Assembly: GCA_963716055.1 (NCBI GenBank)
Contig: CAVQSR010000001.1
Coordinates: 1,946,855 to 2,010,854 of the forward strand
Source: an uncultured Gemmatimonadales bacterium
Lineage (GTDB): Bacteria > Gemmatimonadota > Gemmatimonadetes > Gemmatimonadales > GWC2-71-9
Length of the DNA stretch: 64,000 nt
Reading direction: 5' to 3'
In this document: positions 37,527 through 47,142 of the stretch, one piece after another
Layout: each line of letters starts with the position of its first letter
How positions within the stretch are numbered: position 1 is the first letter of the stretch
Notes under the pieces: model-generated
Database searches by the model: none
Seen by the model: only the letters and a program-made list of their open reading frames with translations
What the model was told of the DNA's origin: nothing
Made by a program: the position numbers and the translations under genes

Positions 37527-37948
37527 AGGCGCTGGAGGGCGGCGGACAGATCGGCCGCGATTTCAGGGGCCGCCCGGCCTTCGATGTGACGGCGCTCGAG
37601 CATGAACACCGGAGCGCCGTCCTTGAGGAGGGCGATCGACGGCGACGACGGCTGGTACCCGGTCAGGTAGTCTCGGGCCCGCGCCGTGGCCGCGGTGTCC
37701 TGACCGGCGAACACGGTGAACAGGCGGGTCGGCGGCCGGGCGGACTGGCCGAGCGCGAGCGCCACCGCCGGCCGCGCGTTCCGCGCCGCGCACCCGCAGA
37801 CGGAATTCACGACGAGCAGCGTGGCGCCGCCTTGGCCCTCCAGCGCGGCGTCTACCGCTTCGGGTGTGCGCAGCTCCTGGAACCCGATGCGCGTCAACTC
37901 CTCGCGCATGCCCCGAACGCGCGGATCCGGCCGCGGCGGTGTACCCAT
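37517..37948 (-). CDS. bacilliredoxin (BrxA/BrxB, YphP/YqiW family)
   Basis: MREELTRIGFQELRTPEAVDAAL...TLLVVNSVCGCAARNARPA...FTVFAGQDTAATARARDYLTGYQPSSPSIALLKDG closely parallels Bacillus BrxA as I recall it (VVNSVCGCAAG..RPA...VFAGQD...PSSPS.ALLK). Confidence 0.88.
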   Translation of the reverse strand: MGTPPRPDPRVRGMREELTRIGFQELRTPEAVDAALEGQGGATLLVVNSVCGCAARNARPAVALALGQSARPPTRLFTVFAGQDTAATARARDYLTGYQPSSPSIALLKDGAPVFMLERRHIEGRAAPEIAADLSAALQRLCP

Positions 37949-37950
37949 GG

Positions 37951-38772
37951 TCACGGTTCCACCCCCAGTCGTTGCAGCTCGACCTCGGACGCGATGAACC
38001 CGAAGGCGGGCCAGTATGGCCCGGCGGTCACCTCGCGGAACAGCGCGCGGGCGCGTTCCGGCTCGCCCTGCACCAAGAGCCAGTTGCCCAGGCCGTATCC
38101 CACGGTGGCGAACTCCAGATCGCCCTGCGCCATGAGCGCCCGCAAGTCCGTTTCCGTGCGCCGGTCGGCATAGAACAACAGCCGCGCGTAGTACGCGGCA
38201 TTGTCGCGCACCTCCCGACCCTCCCCGATCGCGGCCGCCACGGCCGCCGCGTCCGCCCGCCGGTCGTCCCGACGCAGCGACATCCAGAGCCAGTCGGACG
38301 CGGCCACGGTGTCGTCCGCCGTGCGCGCCAGCGCGGCACAGCGCTCGTAGGCCCGGATCGCGTCGGGAAACCGAGCGCTCAGGTAGTACGCCAAGCCCAG
38401 ATGATACCAGATGTCGAAACTCGCCGAATCGAGCCTCGCGGCGCGCTCCAGGTCCGCCACCGCCTCGGGAAACCGCCGCAGCGAGATGTAGCGATGGCCG
38501 CGATGGCGATACAGGACCGCGCGCTCCGGTGCCAGCGCCAGCGCGTGCGTGTAGGCCGCGACGGCGTCGCGATAGCGCCAGCGGCGGGCGTACGCCATCC
38601 CCAGCGCCTGCAGGGTGTCCGCGTCCTCCGCTCGGCGCGCCGCCGCACTTTCGGCCTGCGCCACGAGGCCCGCGGAATCCGGGCGCGCGAAGAACTCCCG
38701 GCCCAGTGGGGACACCACCTCCGGCCCCTGCGGCGCGAGCAGGAGGGCCGCCAGAAGCCACGGCGTGGTCAC
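37951..38772 (-). CDS. TPR-repeat protein, secreted
   Basis: 273 aa. N-terminal MTTPWLLAALLLAPQG. Repeated A..Y..AL...P motifs, for example ALGMAYARRWRYRDAVAAYTHALALAP and HLGLAYYLSARFPDAIRAYERC. Confidence 0.72.
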   Translation of the reverse strand: MTTPWLLAALLLAPQGPEVVSPLGREFFARPDSAGLVAQAESAAARRAEDADTLQALGMAYARRWRYRDAVAAYTHALALAPERAVLYRHRGHRYISLRRFPEAVADLERAARLDSASFDIWYHLGLAYYLSARFPDAIRAYERCAALARTADDTVAASDWLWMSLRRDDRRADAAAVAAAIGEGREVRDNAAYYARLLFYADRRTETDLRALMAQGDLEFATVGYGLGNWLLVQGEPERARALFREVTAGPYWPAFGFIASEVELQRLGVEP

Positions 38773-38791
38773 GCGTCGCTCCGGTCGGGTG

Positions 38792-38956
38792 TCAGTCCGG
38801 CCGCCGTGGCCGGTCGATGAAGCGGAGCAGAACGGCGGGCACGAGCAGCGCCACGGCGCCCCACACGAGGGGGCGGAACTCCCAGGCCATCCCCGCCAGT
38901 CCGGCGGCGAGCGCCGCCACGCCGAGGGCGGCCCGCAGCTTCAGCCACCCCGTCAC
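38792..38956 (-). CDS. small two-TM membrane protein (54 aa), hypothetical
   Basis: Below the track's size cut-off. My translation is VTGWLKLRAALGVAALAAGLAGMAWEFRPLVWGAVALLVPAVLLRFIDRPRRPD. The GTG overlaps the upstream stop (GTGA). Third codon positions are G/C-rich. Confidence 0.45.
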   Translation of the reverse strand: MTGWLKLRAALGVAALAAGLAGMAWEFRPLVWGAVALLVPAVLLRFIDRPRRPD

Positions 38957-39411
38957 TCCAGAATGAAGAAGACGTTCGTGGAGGATCCGAAGGTCAACCG
39001 TCCCTTGTACAGGGCGCGGATCGTGGATGCCATGCCGGGATCGTCGACCCGAACTTCGACGGCCAACAGCTCGGTCTGGCTCGGATCCATCGGAGAGCCG
39101 TCGGGCGCGGCGTAGCGATGCCAGCGGTACATCGCCTCGCCATAGCGGAATTCGAACCCTTCGGGCAACGCCGGCACGAAGGGCGGCGGAACGCTGCCCC
39201 AGTCGTCGGTGGGCGGGTAGACTCCCCGATCCGCGTGGGCGGCGAGCGCGGCGACGTGGATCACCCGCATGTCGCCGATGATGTGCGCCGCCTCAGCGCG
39301 GCGGCGAATCAGCCGCAGGCCGGGAACCGCGATGTTCACGAGGATCCCGAGGATCAGCATGACCATCAGCAACTCGATGATCGTCCAGCCGCGGCGCCCG
39401 CGCACGCTCAT
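38953..39411 (-). CDS. prepilin-type N-terminal cleavage/methylation domain protein (type IV pilin / pseudopilin-like, 152 aa)
   Basis: MSVRGRRG|WTIIELLMVMLILGILVNIAVPGL is a class III signal with Glu at +5. ATG at 39411 overlaps the upstream stop (ATGA). Confidence 0.72.
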   Translation of the reverse strand: MSVRGRRGWTIIELLMVMLILGILVNIAVPGLRLIRRRAEAAHIIGDMRVIHVAALAAHADRGVYPPTDDWGSVPPPFVPALPEGFEFRYGEAMYRWHRYAAPDGSPMDPSQTELLAVEVRVDDPGMASTIRALYKGRLTFGSSTNVFFILE

Positions 39412-39896
39412 CGAACCAGCTCCTGCGCCGCGCTCCGGAAGTAGTTCAGGTCCGCCCCGGAGCGGTAGGTGAAGAGCACGCCCCCGCTCGTGGCGTTGAT
39501 GACGTATCCCGTGTCGACCAGCTGATAGGTCAGTCCGTCGCCCGCGAAGCCGGCCGCCGCGAGCGTCTGCGGCCAGCGTCCGGCCGAGTCCCGGTACGCT
39601 CGGGCCGCCTGCGCCGCCAGGAAGATGCGGAACCTGGTGCTCGCGTCGAGCTCGGCGGGGGTGAACACGACCGGTGTCTTGCGACCCGCGGCCAGATTCC
39701 AGCCGAGCGCCAGAACGAACAGGGGGAGCAGCGCCAACACCGTTCGTCGGGCGCGGCGTTGGCGCACCACGCGTTGGTCGCCCTTGGCCTCGCTCTGCTC
39801 GCGCGCTTCGCGCTTGTCCTTGAGGATGTCGTGCACGAGCTCCGATGCGAGTCCGGGTCGGACCGGCGGCTGGCCGGGCGGCGGCTGGTGGGTCAT
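39408..39896 (-). CDS. hypothetical single-pass membrane protein (162 aa)
   Basis: MTHQPPPGQPP..., the TM segment TVLALLPLFVLALGWNLAAG, then a soluble domain. ATGA overlaps at both ends. I recognise no family. Confidence 0.5.
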   Translation of the reverse strand: MTHQPPPGQPPVRPGLASELVHDILKDKREAREQSEAKGDQRVVRQRRARRTVLALLPLFVLALGWNLAAGRKTPVVFTPAELDASTRFRIFLAAQAARAYRDSAGRWPQTLAAAGFAGDGLTYQLVDTGYVINATSGGVLFTYRSGADLNYFRSAAQELVR

Positions 39897-40651
39897 TTCG
39901 CCAGAAAAGTGCGCAGGACCGCACGAAACTCCGGGGTCTGCCGGCTCGTCGCGTTCACGTCCGCGGCGAGACCGACGCCCTCCCCGAAACGCATGCCGTC
40001 CAGCTGGTAAAACAGCTGTTTCGTGAGCGACAGTGAGCTTGCGCTGATCCCGGCGAGCGTCCGGAGCACATCCGACGCCTGCTCTTCGAAATCGGCGTCC
40101 TCGTACGTCCGCGAGACGAGTCCGACGGCCACCGCTTCGTCGGCGCTCAGCAGCCGGCCGGTGGTCACGAGATCGAACGCCGCCTTTTCGCCCACGGTGC
40201 GTTTCAACATGTTCATAACGATAGCAGGCACGAATCCGCGCTGCACCTCCGGATATCCGAACCGGGCGGACTCCGCGGCGAGGACGAGGTCGCACGCGGT
40301 CGCGAGGCCGCAGCCCCCGGCCAGCGCCCGACCCTGAACGATGGCCACGATGGGCTTCGGCACCTCCCGCATCCGGACGAACAGCCCGCCGAACCGCCGG
40401 GCCGCCTCGCGGTTCTGTTCGAGGCTGTGATCCGCGGACGCCAGCAGCTCGCCCAGGTCCATGCCGGCGCAAAAATCAGACCCCGCGCCACGCACCGCGA
40501 CGACCCGCACCTCCGCATCCAGGTCGGCCTGGTCGAGGAGGGCGTACAGGGCATCAATCGTCGCCGTGTCGATGGCGTTCTTCTTCTCCGGCCGGTTGAG
40601 CGTTCCGGTCAGGATCCCGCCCTGCAGGGTCACCAGCAGTCGCTCCGTCAT
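39893..40651 (-). CDS. enoyl-CoA hydratase/isomerase family protein
   Basis: 252 aa with GTLNRPEKKNAI, GSDFCAGMDL, VQGRALAGGCGLATACDLVLA and FGYPEVQRGFVPA. Confidence 0.9.
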   Translation of the reverse strand: MTERLLVTLQGGILTGTLNRPEKKNAIDTATIDALYALLDQADLDAEVRVVAVRGAGSDFCAGMDLGELLASADHSLEQNREAARRFGGLFVRMREVPKPIVAIVQGRALAGGCGLATACDLVLAAESARFGYPEVQRGFVPAIVMNMLKRTVGEKAAFDLVTTGRLLSADEAVAVGLVSRTYEDADFEEQASDVLRTLAGISASSLSLTKQLFYQLDGMRFGEGVGLAADVNATSRQTPEFRAVLRTFLAK

Positions 40652-40977
40652 CGCGACACCCGGATCGACATGCGCAGCAGGGCCGTCGAGAGCACCTTGC
40701 CCTGGGCATCCGTCTTGAGCGAGATGGTGCCGCCGCCGTCCAGGGCCCCGTGGAGCAGGAAGTTGAGCGCCTTGAGGTTCGGCAGCTCGAACCGCTCCAC
40801 CGGCCCGCGAATCATCCCGGAGAAGTGGCGTGCCACCCGCGCGGCGGTCACCTGGCGGACCAGGACGGGGTAATCCGCCGGCCGCCGGGCGATCAGGCCC
40901 ACGTTCGCGGTGTCGCCCTTGTCGCCCGACCGCGCATGGGCCAGGCGGCGCAGCTCGACCGTCCGGGTCGCTTTCAC
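40648..40977 (-). CDS. AtuA-associated small protein (DUF4387-like, 109 aa)
   Basis: VKATRTVELRRLAHARSGDKGDTANVGLIARRP... The GTG overlaps the upstream stop (GTGA). The family name is from memory of the RSGDKG motif. Confidence 0.65.
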   Translation of the reverse strand: MKATRTVELRRLAHARSGDKGDTANVGLIARRPADYPVLVRQVTAARVARHFSGMIRGPVERFELPNLKALNFLLHGALDGGGTISLKTDAQGKVLSTALLRMSIRVSR

Positions 40978-42347
40978 GCGACGACGAGTTCGACGCACGG
41001 CGTCACCTCCCCCTTGTCGATCAGGGCCGGCCAGTACGCCACGATCTCCTCGGGTTTCGGCCGGCCGCCGGCGAATCCCGTGACACTGGGGGGACCGTTC
41101 AGAATCAGCGGCGCGATTTCCCGGGTGAAGCGCTCGACGGGCTCCCGCTCCCGGGCGCGCACGCCCACCCGGAGCTGCACCTCCGGCACGTCGCCGAGGC
41201 GAACCCCGCGCGCGCCCAGCCTCCCATGCGTGGCATCGAGGCCCACCAGCTCCGTGTGGATCGCCTCGAACTTCAGGCCCAGCTGCGCGAGGCGCTGGCG
41301 TAACACGGCGTCCGCCGCCCGGGCCTTCGCGACCGCATCGGGCCACGCGTACACCAGCGTTCCCACGGCCTTGTAGCCGTACGCATAGGCGATGGACACC
41401 TTCAACTTGTCGGTCGCGGGGCGGCCGCGCACCCCGGCCACGCGCACCCGGTCCCGCCCGGCCGGTGCCAGCTGGATGGTCGTGAAATCGGCCACGCAAT
41501 CCGGCGTAATGTACTCGGTCGGATCACCCATTTCGTAGAGCAGTTGCTCGGTGACGCCGGGCACGCTGATGCGGCCGCCGGTTCCCGGGTGCTTGCGCAC
41601 GTCGAAGGAGCCGTCGGGGCGGGCGTCGATGATCGGATACCCGACGTTGGCCAGGTCGGGAACGCGCGGCCACTCGACGAGGCAGTTCCCCCCGCTTGCC
41701 TGGGCGCCACACTCGATGATGTGCCCGGCAACGGTCCCGGCCGCGAGCCGGTCCCAGTCGTCGGCGGCCCAGCCGAAGGCGTGGATCAGGGGACCCAGAG
41801 TGAGTCCCGTGTCGGTCACTCGCCCCGTCACGACGACGTCGGCCTCCTGACGCAACGCGTCCACCACGGGCCACGCGCCGAGATAGGCGTTGGCCGCCTG
41901 TACGCGGTCGCGCACGTCGGACAGGGGTCGCCCGGTGTCGAGATTGACGAGCGGATGGCCGCGCGCGACCACCTCGTCGAGCCGCGGCAGCAGATCGTCA
42001 CCCGTCACGACGCCGATCCGCAGGCGTCCTCCGAGCCCGAGGCGCCGTGCCGCCTGCGCCAGCGCCGCGGCACACGCCCGCGGGTTCACGCCGCCGGCGT
42101 TGGTGGTGACGCGAATGCGCCGCTCCGCGACGATCGGGAGGATGCGCTCCATCAGCGGAATGAAGTCCTTCGCATACCCGAGGTCCGGATCGCGCGACTT
42201 CTGTTTCTGCATGATGGACATGGTGACTTCCGCGAGATAGTCCATCATCAGGTAGTCGATCGGACCACCGGTCACCTGCCGGTACGGCGCCTCGAGCCAG
42301 TCGCCCCAGAACCCCTGCCCCGACGCGACGCGGACTGGGCGCGTCAC
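40974..42347 (-). CDS. acyclic terpene utilisation AtuA family protein (DUF1446)
   Basis: 457 aa with VRVASGQGFWGDW...IDYLMMDYLAEVTMSIM...VTTNAGGVNP...GHIIECGAQASGGN. Confidence 0.82.
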   Translation of the reverse strand: MTRPVRVASGQGFWGDWLEAPYRQVTGGPIDYLMMDYLAEVTMSIMQKQKSRDPDLGYAKDFIPLMERILPIVAERRIRVTTNAGGVNPRACAAALAQAARRLGLGGRLRIGVVTGDDLLPRLDEVVARGHPLVNLDTGRPLSDVRDRVQAANAYLGAWPVVDALRQEADVVVTGRVTDTGLTLGPLIHAFGWAADDWDRLAAGTVAGHIIECGAQASGGNCLVEWPRVPDLANVGYPIIDARPDGSFDVRKHPGTGGRISVPGVTEQLLYEMGDPTEYITPDCVADFTTIQLAPAGRDRVRVAGVRGRPATDKLKVSIAYAYGYKAVGTLVYAWPDAVAKARAADAVLRQRLAQLGLKFEAIHTELVGLDATHGRLGARGVRLGDVPEVQLRVGVRAREREPVERFTREIAPLILNGPPSVTGFAGGRPKPEEIVAYWPALIDKGEVTPCVELVVA

Positions 42348-45150
42348 GGTTCACCCCCGATGCCGCGTCCGATGGCGGCGGTGCCGCCCTCGGTCGCGAC
42401 GATGATATCGACCAGCGGGTCGAGGCCCTCGGGCACAAAGGCGAGCCGGGGCGCCGCCCGCGGGACCACGACCCGCCCCCCCGCCACGACACGGACATCG
42501 GCCGTGTCACCGACCACGACGGTCGAGTCCCCGAAGAAGCGGACGCGGACTCCGGCCTCCCAAGCGCGCACCGCCGCCGGATCGGCCCAGGCCGGCATCA
42601 GCTCGATGACCAGTGGCCGGCCGGCTCGCACGGAGTCGAGCGGCACCGCCTGCTGTCCCACGGCGTAGTTCTGAGCCTCGTTCGCCACCTGGAACCCGCT
42701 CGAATCGTAGACCGTCACGGCGAGATCGGTCAGCTCGGGCCAAAAATCGGGTGCCACGCTCACCTCGACCGTCGCGTGTCGCGCCCACGGCGGGACGTGG
42801 ACCCATACGCTCTCGGCGGACGCGCCACGGGCGGCGAGCCGCGTGCTGCCCTCCGCCCCGACCACCTGCTGCGTCACGCGCACGGTCACCGCTCGACTCC
42901 CCGGATTGGCCAACTCGACCCCCGCCGCGGTCGCCGCCAACAGCACGGGCCCGAGCTCCGCGCGCAGCGACAGGGTCGCCGGCTCGGGCGGCCCCAGGGG
43001 GGACGGCACCACCGCCAGCTCGTACACGCCCGGCACCAGGTCGCCGGCCCGGATCACGAACCGGCCCGTGCCGCCATCGCGACCCAGCTCGATTCCCAGC
43101 GGCGCCTCGCGCACCGGCCGGCCGCCCGGATCGAACAGGGCCGCGAATGCCGTCTGCGACGCGGAGTCCGGCAGCACGACGGTCACGTGCAGCGTCGCTC
43201 CCGCCTGGGGCACGCGCAGGAACCGCCGCTCCACCCGCCCGGCCGCGGCGACTCGCGCGGTCTCGACGAGCGGCCGCGCCGCCAGATCGTAGGGGACCAC
43301 GACGGTGCTGATCAGCCGGAACAGCGCTCCCGCCAAGGTATCGGCCGGGTTGCGGGCCGTCACCGCGCCCACGTAGAGACCGGGCGCGCGCAGCGACTCG
43401 GCCCGATGGGTGACGACGATCTCCGTCAGGCCGGGGGCGGCGACGGCGGAGTCGGCGGTGCGGAGCCAGGCCGCCTCGGACCGCAGGGTGAACCGAGCGG
43501 CGCGTTGGCCGGCGACATGACGTACGGTGAAGCGCTCGACCGTGTCCCCCGGGCCCGCGAACCCGTTGCGCCGAAATGCGGCGGAATGCCCCGACTGGGC
43601 CCGGACCACGTAGGCCGACCCCTGGTGTCCGGCGACGAGCCATTGGTAGGCCGCGTCCAGCCGTGGCAGTCCCGCGCCCTGGTCGAGCGCGGTGGCGCCG
43701 GGCAGCGGCACGGCCGTCGCGCGCAGGGCCTGGACGATCTGCGCGGCGTCGAAGCGGCGCCCGTCCTGGCGCACGGCGGAGATGAGACTGGCGACGAGTC
43801 CCGCGACGTGCGGTGCCGACAAACTCGTGCCCAGTTTCACTTCGTTGCCAACGTCCCAGGCCGGAACCGCGGTGAACGCCATGCCGGGCGCGAGCAGATC
43901 CGGCCTCCCCACTTCCCCGCCCCGCGCGCTCCAGAACGCGGGTCGGTCGGGCGGCGGGGGGCCACCCGGCCGGGCGAACGCACCCGGCAGCGTCGATCCG
44001 ACGGTCAACACGCGGTCCGCCGTGGCCGGAAAGCCGACCGTCGACAGGCCGGGGCCGTCGTTCCCCGCGGCCACCACGAACACCACGTCCGGGTGCCGCC
44101 CGAGGAACGCGTCGATCGCCGCATCGATGGTCGCCCGACCCTCGCGCTCGTTGCCCACCCCGAAGCTCAGGTTGATCACGAGGGGCAGGCCGCGCCGAGT
44201 CGCGAACTCCGCCGCGTATTCCATCGCACGGACCAGGCTGCCGGTCACCGAGATCGCGCCCCGCGCGTTATCGGCGATCTTGAGTCCCAGGAGCGAGGCG
44301 CCGGGGGCGACGCCGTGAAAGCCCGCGACGTTGAAGAGATTGTGGCCCGCCGCTACACCCGCCATGGCGGTGCCGTGGCCGTCGGTATCGAAATGGAAAT
44401 CCAGCCGCGGGCCCCGCGTCAGCGTCGGAGAAATTCGCCACCAGGGTCAGCGGGCGCGTGCCCAGGGCGAGCGTCTCGTGGCCGTGCCGGAAGTCGTGCA
44501 GCGGCATCTCGTCCTCGAGCGACCCGTTGCGGTTGGTATCGAGGAAGGTCACCCAACCCCCGGGCGCTCGCACCACGACGAGCGGAAACTCGTCCGTGGC
44601 GGCGCCGTTGCCGTCCACGTCCGACGCCGGCGGGGGACCGAGCGTCAGCTCCCGCAGCACGCCGCCGTACCAGGCATCGCCGATCGCGATCCGCGCCACG
44701 CGGCGCCCACCGGTGAGCCGCCGCCCGCCGACCTCCACGCTGCCGTCGGGCTGGAGCGTGACGGGCGACAGGGGGATGTGCCCCTCGCCCGAGAAATCCC
44801 GCAGGTCGAGCAGCTTGGGCGATCCCGCGGACGTGGTCACGAGCCCGTAGGTCCCCGGATCAATGCCGCTGTCCAGAATGGCGATCACCACGCCCCGGCC
44901 GTCGGCGGTCGGCCGGACGGCGCGAAAGTCCAGCACGCCCGTGCTGCGCAGCGGCATCATGCCCGCTGTCCACGCGACGCGGGGAGGCAGCACCGGCTCT
45001 CGCAGGACGGCCGTGGCAGCCGCGGCCGCTCCCGCATCGGGCCCGGGAGCCCGCTCGGGGAGCGGGGTGGCGCTCGGCGCGGGGGACGGCGCAGCCCCGC
45101 ACCCGCCCCAACGCGAACAGCGCGGTGGCGACGATCCCGGCACGTCTCAC
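42344..45150 (-). pseudogene. S8 (subtilisin-like) serine peptidase, probable lipoprotein, with 2 apparent frameshifts
   Basis: Catalytic Asp (VVIAILDSGID), His (DGHGTAMAGVAAG) and Ser (GTSLSAPHVAG) are present. The His segment is in a different frame from the Asp segment, with the break at about 44405-44411. The signal peptide VRRAGIVATALFALG starts at GTG 45150 (GTGA overlap with the upstream stop) and is out of frame with GGCGAAPSP, with the break at about 45104-45109. Confidence 0.78.
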
Positions 45151-46715
45151 AGGCGGTCGGGCAACACGTACGGACCCAGGTGCGGCCCGGCGTACTCGCG
45201 CGCCACCTCCAGGAGGAACGCGAGGGCATCTCGCGTCTCCTCGGGCGTGAGGATGGCATCGACGAACCCTCGTGCCCCGGCGAACCGCGCGTCCAGCTGC
45301 GTCTCGTAGTCCTCTCGCATGGCGGCGACAGCCGGAGCCAGCTCCGCGTTGGACGCGTCCGTGCCGTACACCGCCTGCACCGCCGACTCGCCCTCCATGA
45401 CGCCCATGCGGCCGGTCGGCCAGCTCACGATGAAGTCCGGATCGAATCCCTGTCCGGCCATCGCGTAGTAGCCGGCCCCGGACGCGTGGTTCACGGTGAG
45501 CACGATCTTCGGTACGGTGGCCGTCGCCATGGCCTCCACGAAGTGCGCGCCGGCGCGGATGATCCCCGAGTGCTCGGCGTCGGTCCCGATCATGAAGCCG
45601 GACACGTCTTGGACGAACAGCAGGGGAAACCGCTCGCGGTGTGCATTCTCGATGAAGTAGGCGACCTTCTCCGCGCTTTCCGTGTATACGATGCCGCCGA
45701 TCTTCGGTCGCTTCCCCTGCGCGTTCCGGATGACGCCCCGGCTGTTGGCGATCACCGCCACCGCCCGTCCGCCGATGGCCCCGTGCCCGCAGAGCAGCTC
45801 CGGAGCGACGTCCGGCTGAAACTCGTCGAGCGCCCCGCCGTCGAGCAGGCAATCCAGCACTGCCCGCACGTCGTAGCTCATGCGGTGATCGGACGGCAGG
45901 ATGTCGTAGAGCTCGGAGGCGTCGCGCTTCGGAGCGGACCCCCGAACGGGGGCGGGCGGCGCGTGCGGCAGCCGCGCGACGTACTCACGGACGCGCTCCA
46001 GACAGGCGGCGTCGTCGGGTGCGCGGTAGTGGGCGACGGCCGACACCGCCGTGTGGGTCTCGGCGCCCCCCAGCTCTTCGGCCTCGACCACCTGCCCGGT
46101 CGCGCCCTTGACCAGGTTCGGACCGCCGAGACCCATGAACGACGTGCCTTCGACCATGAAGATGACGTCGGACAGCGCCGGCAGGTACGCGCCGCCCGCG
46201 ATGCACGGGCCCATCACGGCGGCGATCTGCGGCACGCGCAAATAGCGCCGCATGAGCGAGTTGTAATAGAAGATCCGCGCCGCGCCGTACTGCCCCGGGA
46301 AGACCCCGCCCTGGTAGGGCAGGTTCACGCCCGCCGAGTCCACCAGATACACGATCGGGATGCGCTGCCGCATCGCGACTTCCTGCGCCCGGAGGATCTT
46401 GCGGATCGTCTCCGGCCACCACGAGCCTGCCTTCACGGTGGCGTCGTTCGCGACGACCACCACCGGCCGGTTCGCGACCCGTCCGAGTCCGGTGACGACG
46501 CCGGCGCCCGGAGCCTGGCCCTCGTACTGATCCCAGGCCACCAGCAGGCCCAGCTCGAACCACGGACTGCCGGGGTCGAGGAGGCGCGCCACGCGCTCCC
46601 GGGCGGTGAGCTTGCCCTGCGCCTGGTGGCGTTGGATGCGCTCGGGTCCACCGCCGAGCTCGAGGCGTGCTCGGAGGGCGCGGTACTCGGCCGTGAGTGT
46701 CGCGAGACGGCTCAC
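45147..46715 (-). CDS. acyl-CoA carboxylase carboxyltransferase (beta) subunit
   Basis: 522 aa with LLDPGSPWFELG, VVVVANDATVKAGSW, GPCIAGGAYLPALSD and LLFVQDVSGFMIG. The substrate (propionyl-, methylcrotonyl- or geranyl-CoA) cannot be determined from the sequence alone. Confidence 0.9.
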   Translation of the reverse strand: MSRLATLTAEYRALRARLELGGGPERIQRHQAQGKLTARERVARLLDPGSPWFELGLLVAWDQYEGQAPGAGVVTGLGRVANRPVVVVANDATVKAGSWWPETIRKILRAQEVAMRQRIPIVYLVDSAGVNLPYQGGVFPGQYGAARIFYYNSLMRRYLRVPQIAAVMGPCIAGGAYLPALSDVIFMVEGTSFMGLGGPNLVKGATGQVVEAEELGGAETHTAVSAVAHYRAPDDAACLERVREYVARLPHAPPAPVRGSAPKRDASELYDILPSDHRMSYDVRAVLDCLLDGGALDEFQPDVAPELLCGHGAIGGRAVAVIANSRGVIRNAQGKRPKIGGIVYTESAEKVAYFIENAHRERFPLLFVQDVSGFMIGTDAEHSGIIRAGAHFVEAMATATVPKIVLTVNHASGAGYYAMAGQGFDPDFIVSWPTGRMGVMEGESAVQAVYGTDASNAELAPAVAAMREDYETQLDARFAGARGFVDAILTPEETRDALAFLLEVAREYAGPHLGPYVLPDRL

Positions 46716-46722
46716 GCGCGTC

Positions 46723-47142
46723 TCAAGCCTGCCGCTGCTCGGCGGCCCACGCCTCGATGTACTGAATCAGCTCGCCGGTCGGCGTGCCGGGCCCGAACAG
46801 CTGCCCGATCCCCTGGCGTTGCAGCGCGTCGATGTCCTCGGGCGGAATGATGCCGCCCCCCGTGATGAGGACGTCGCTCCGCCCGGCGGCGTCGAGCAGC
46901 GCCTTGACGCGGGGGAACAGGGTGAGATGCGCCCCCGAGAGGATGGAAAGGCCGACGACGTCCACGTCTTCCTGGATCGCGGCCTGCGCGACCATCTCAG
47001 GCGTCTGGTGGAGACCGGTGTAGATCACCTCCATGCCGGCGTCCCGCAGCGCGGCCGCGACGACCTTGGCGCCGCGGTCATGTCCGTCCAACCCGGGTTT
47101 GGCGACCAGCACCCGGATGGGCCGCTTGCGCGTGGCGGTCAA
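46723..47142 (-). CDS. methylmalonyl-CoA mutase, B12-binding (small) subunit, 139 aa
   Basis: [37 protein letters not shown]...[11 protein letters not shown]. The proposed start is TTG at 47142, overlapping the upstream stop (TTGA). GTG at the VLVAK position is an alternative. Confidence 0.8.
   Translation of the reverse strand: MTATRKRPIRVLVAKPGLDGHDRGAKVVAAALRDAGMEVIYTGLHQTPEMVAQAAIQEDVDVVGLSILSGAHLTLFPRVKALLDAAGRSDVLITGGGIIPPEDIDALQRQGIGQLFGPGTPTGELIQYIEAWAAEQRQA

Noticed and set aside
44331-46850. 839-aa plus-strand ORF. Similar giants include 47508-50165 (885 aa), 42776-44716 (646 aa), 14685-16616 (643 aa), 9599-10933 and 28788-29960.
   Set aside because: All are antisense to, or frame-shifted copies of, well-supported genes (S8 peptidase, carboxyltransferase, mutase, paaA, prolyl oligopeptidase). 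Their sequences are Arg/Pro/Gly/Ala-rich low-complexity strings with no motifs. Stop codons are rare in every frame of very GC-rich DNA, so such ORFs are expected. 14685-16616 is a chimera of out-of-frame thiolase and hydratase segments.
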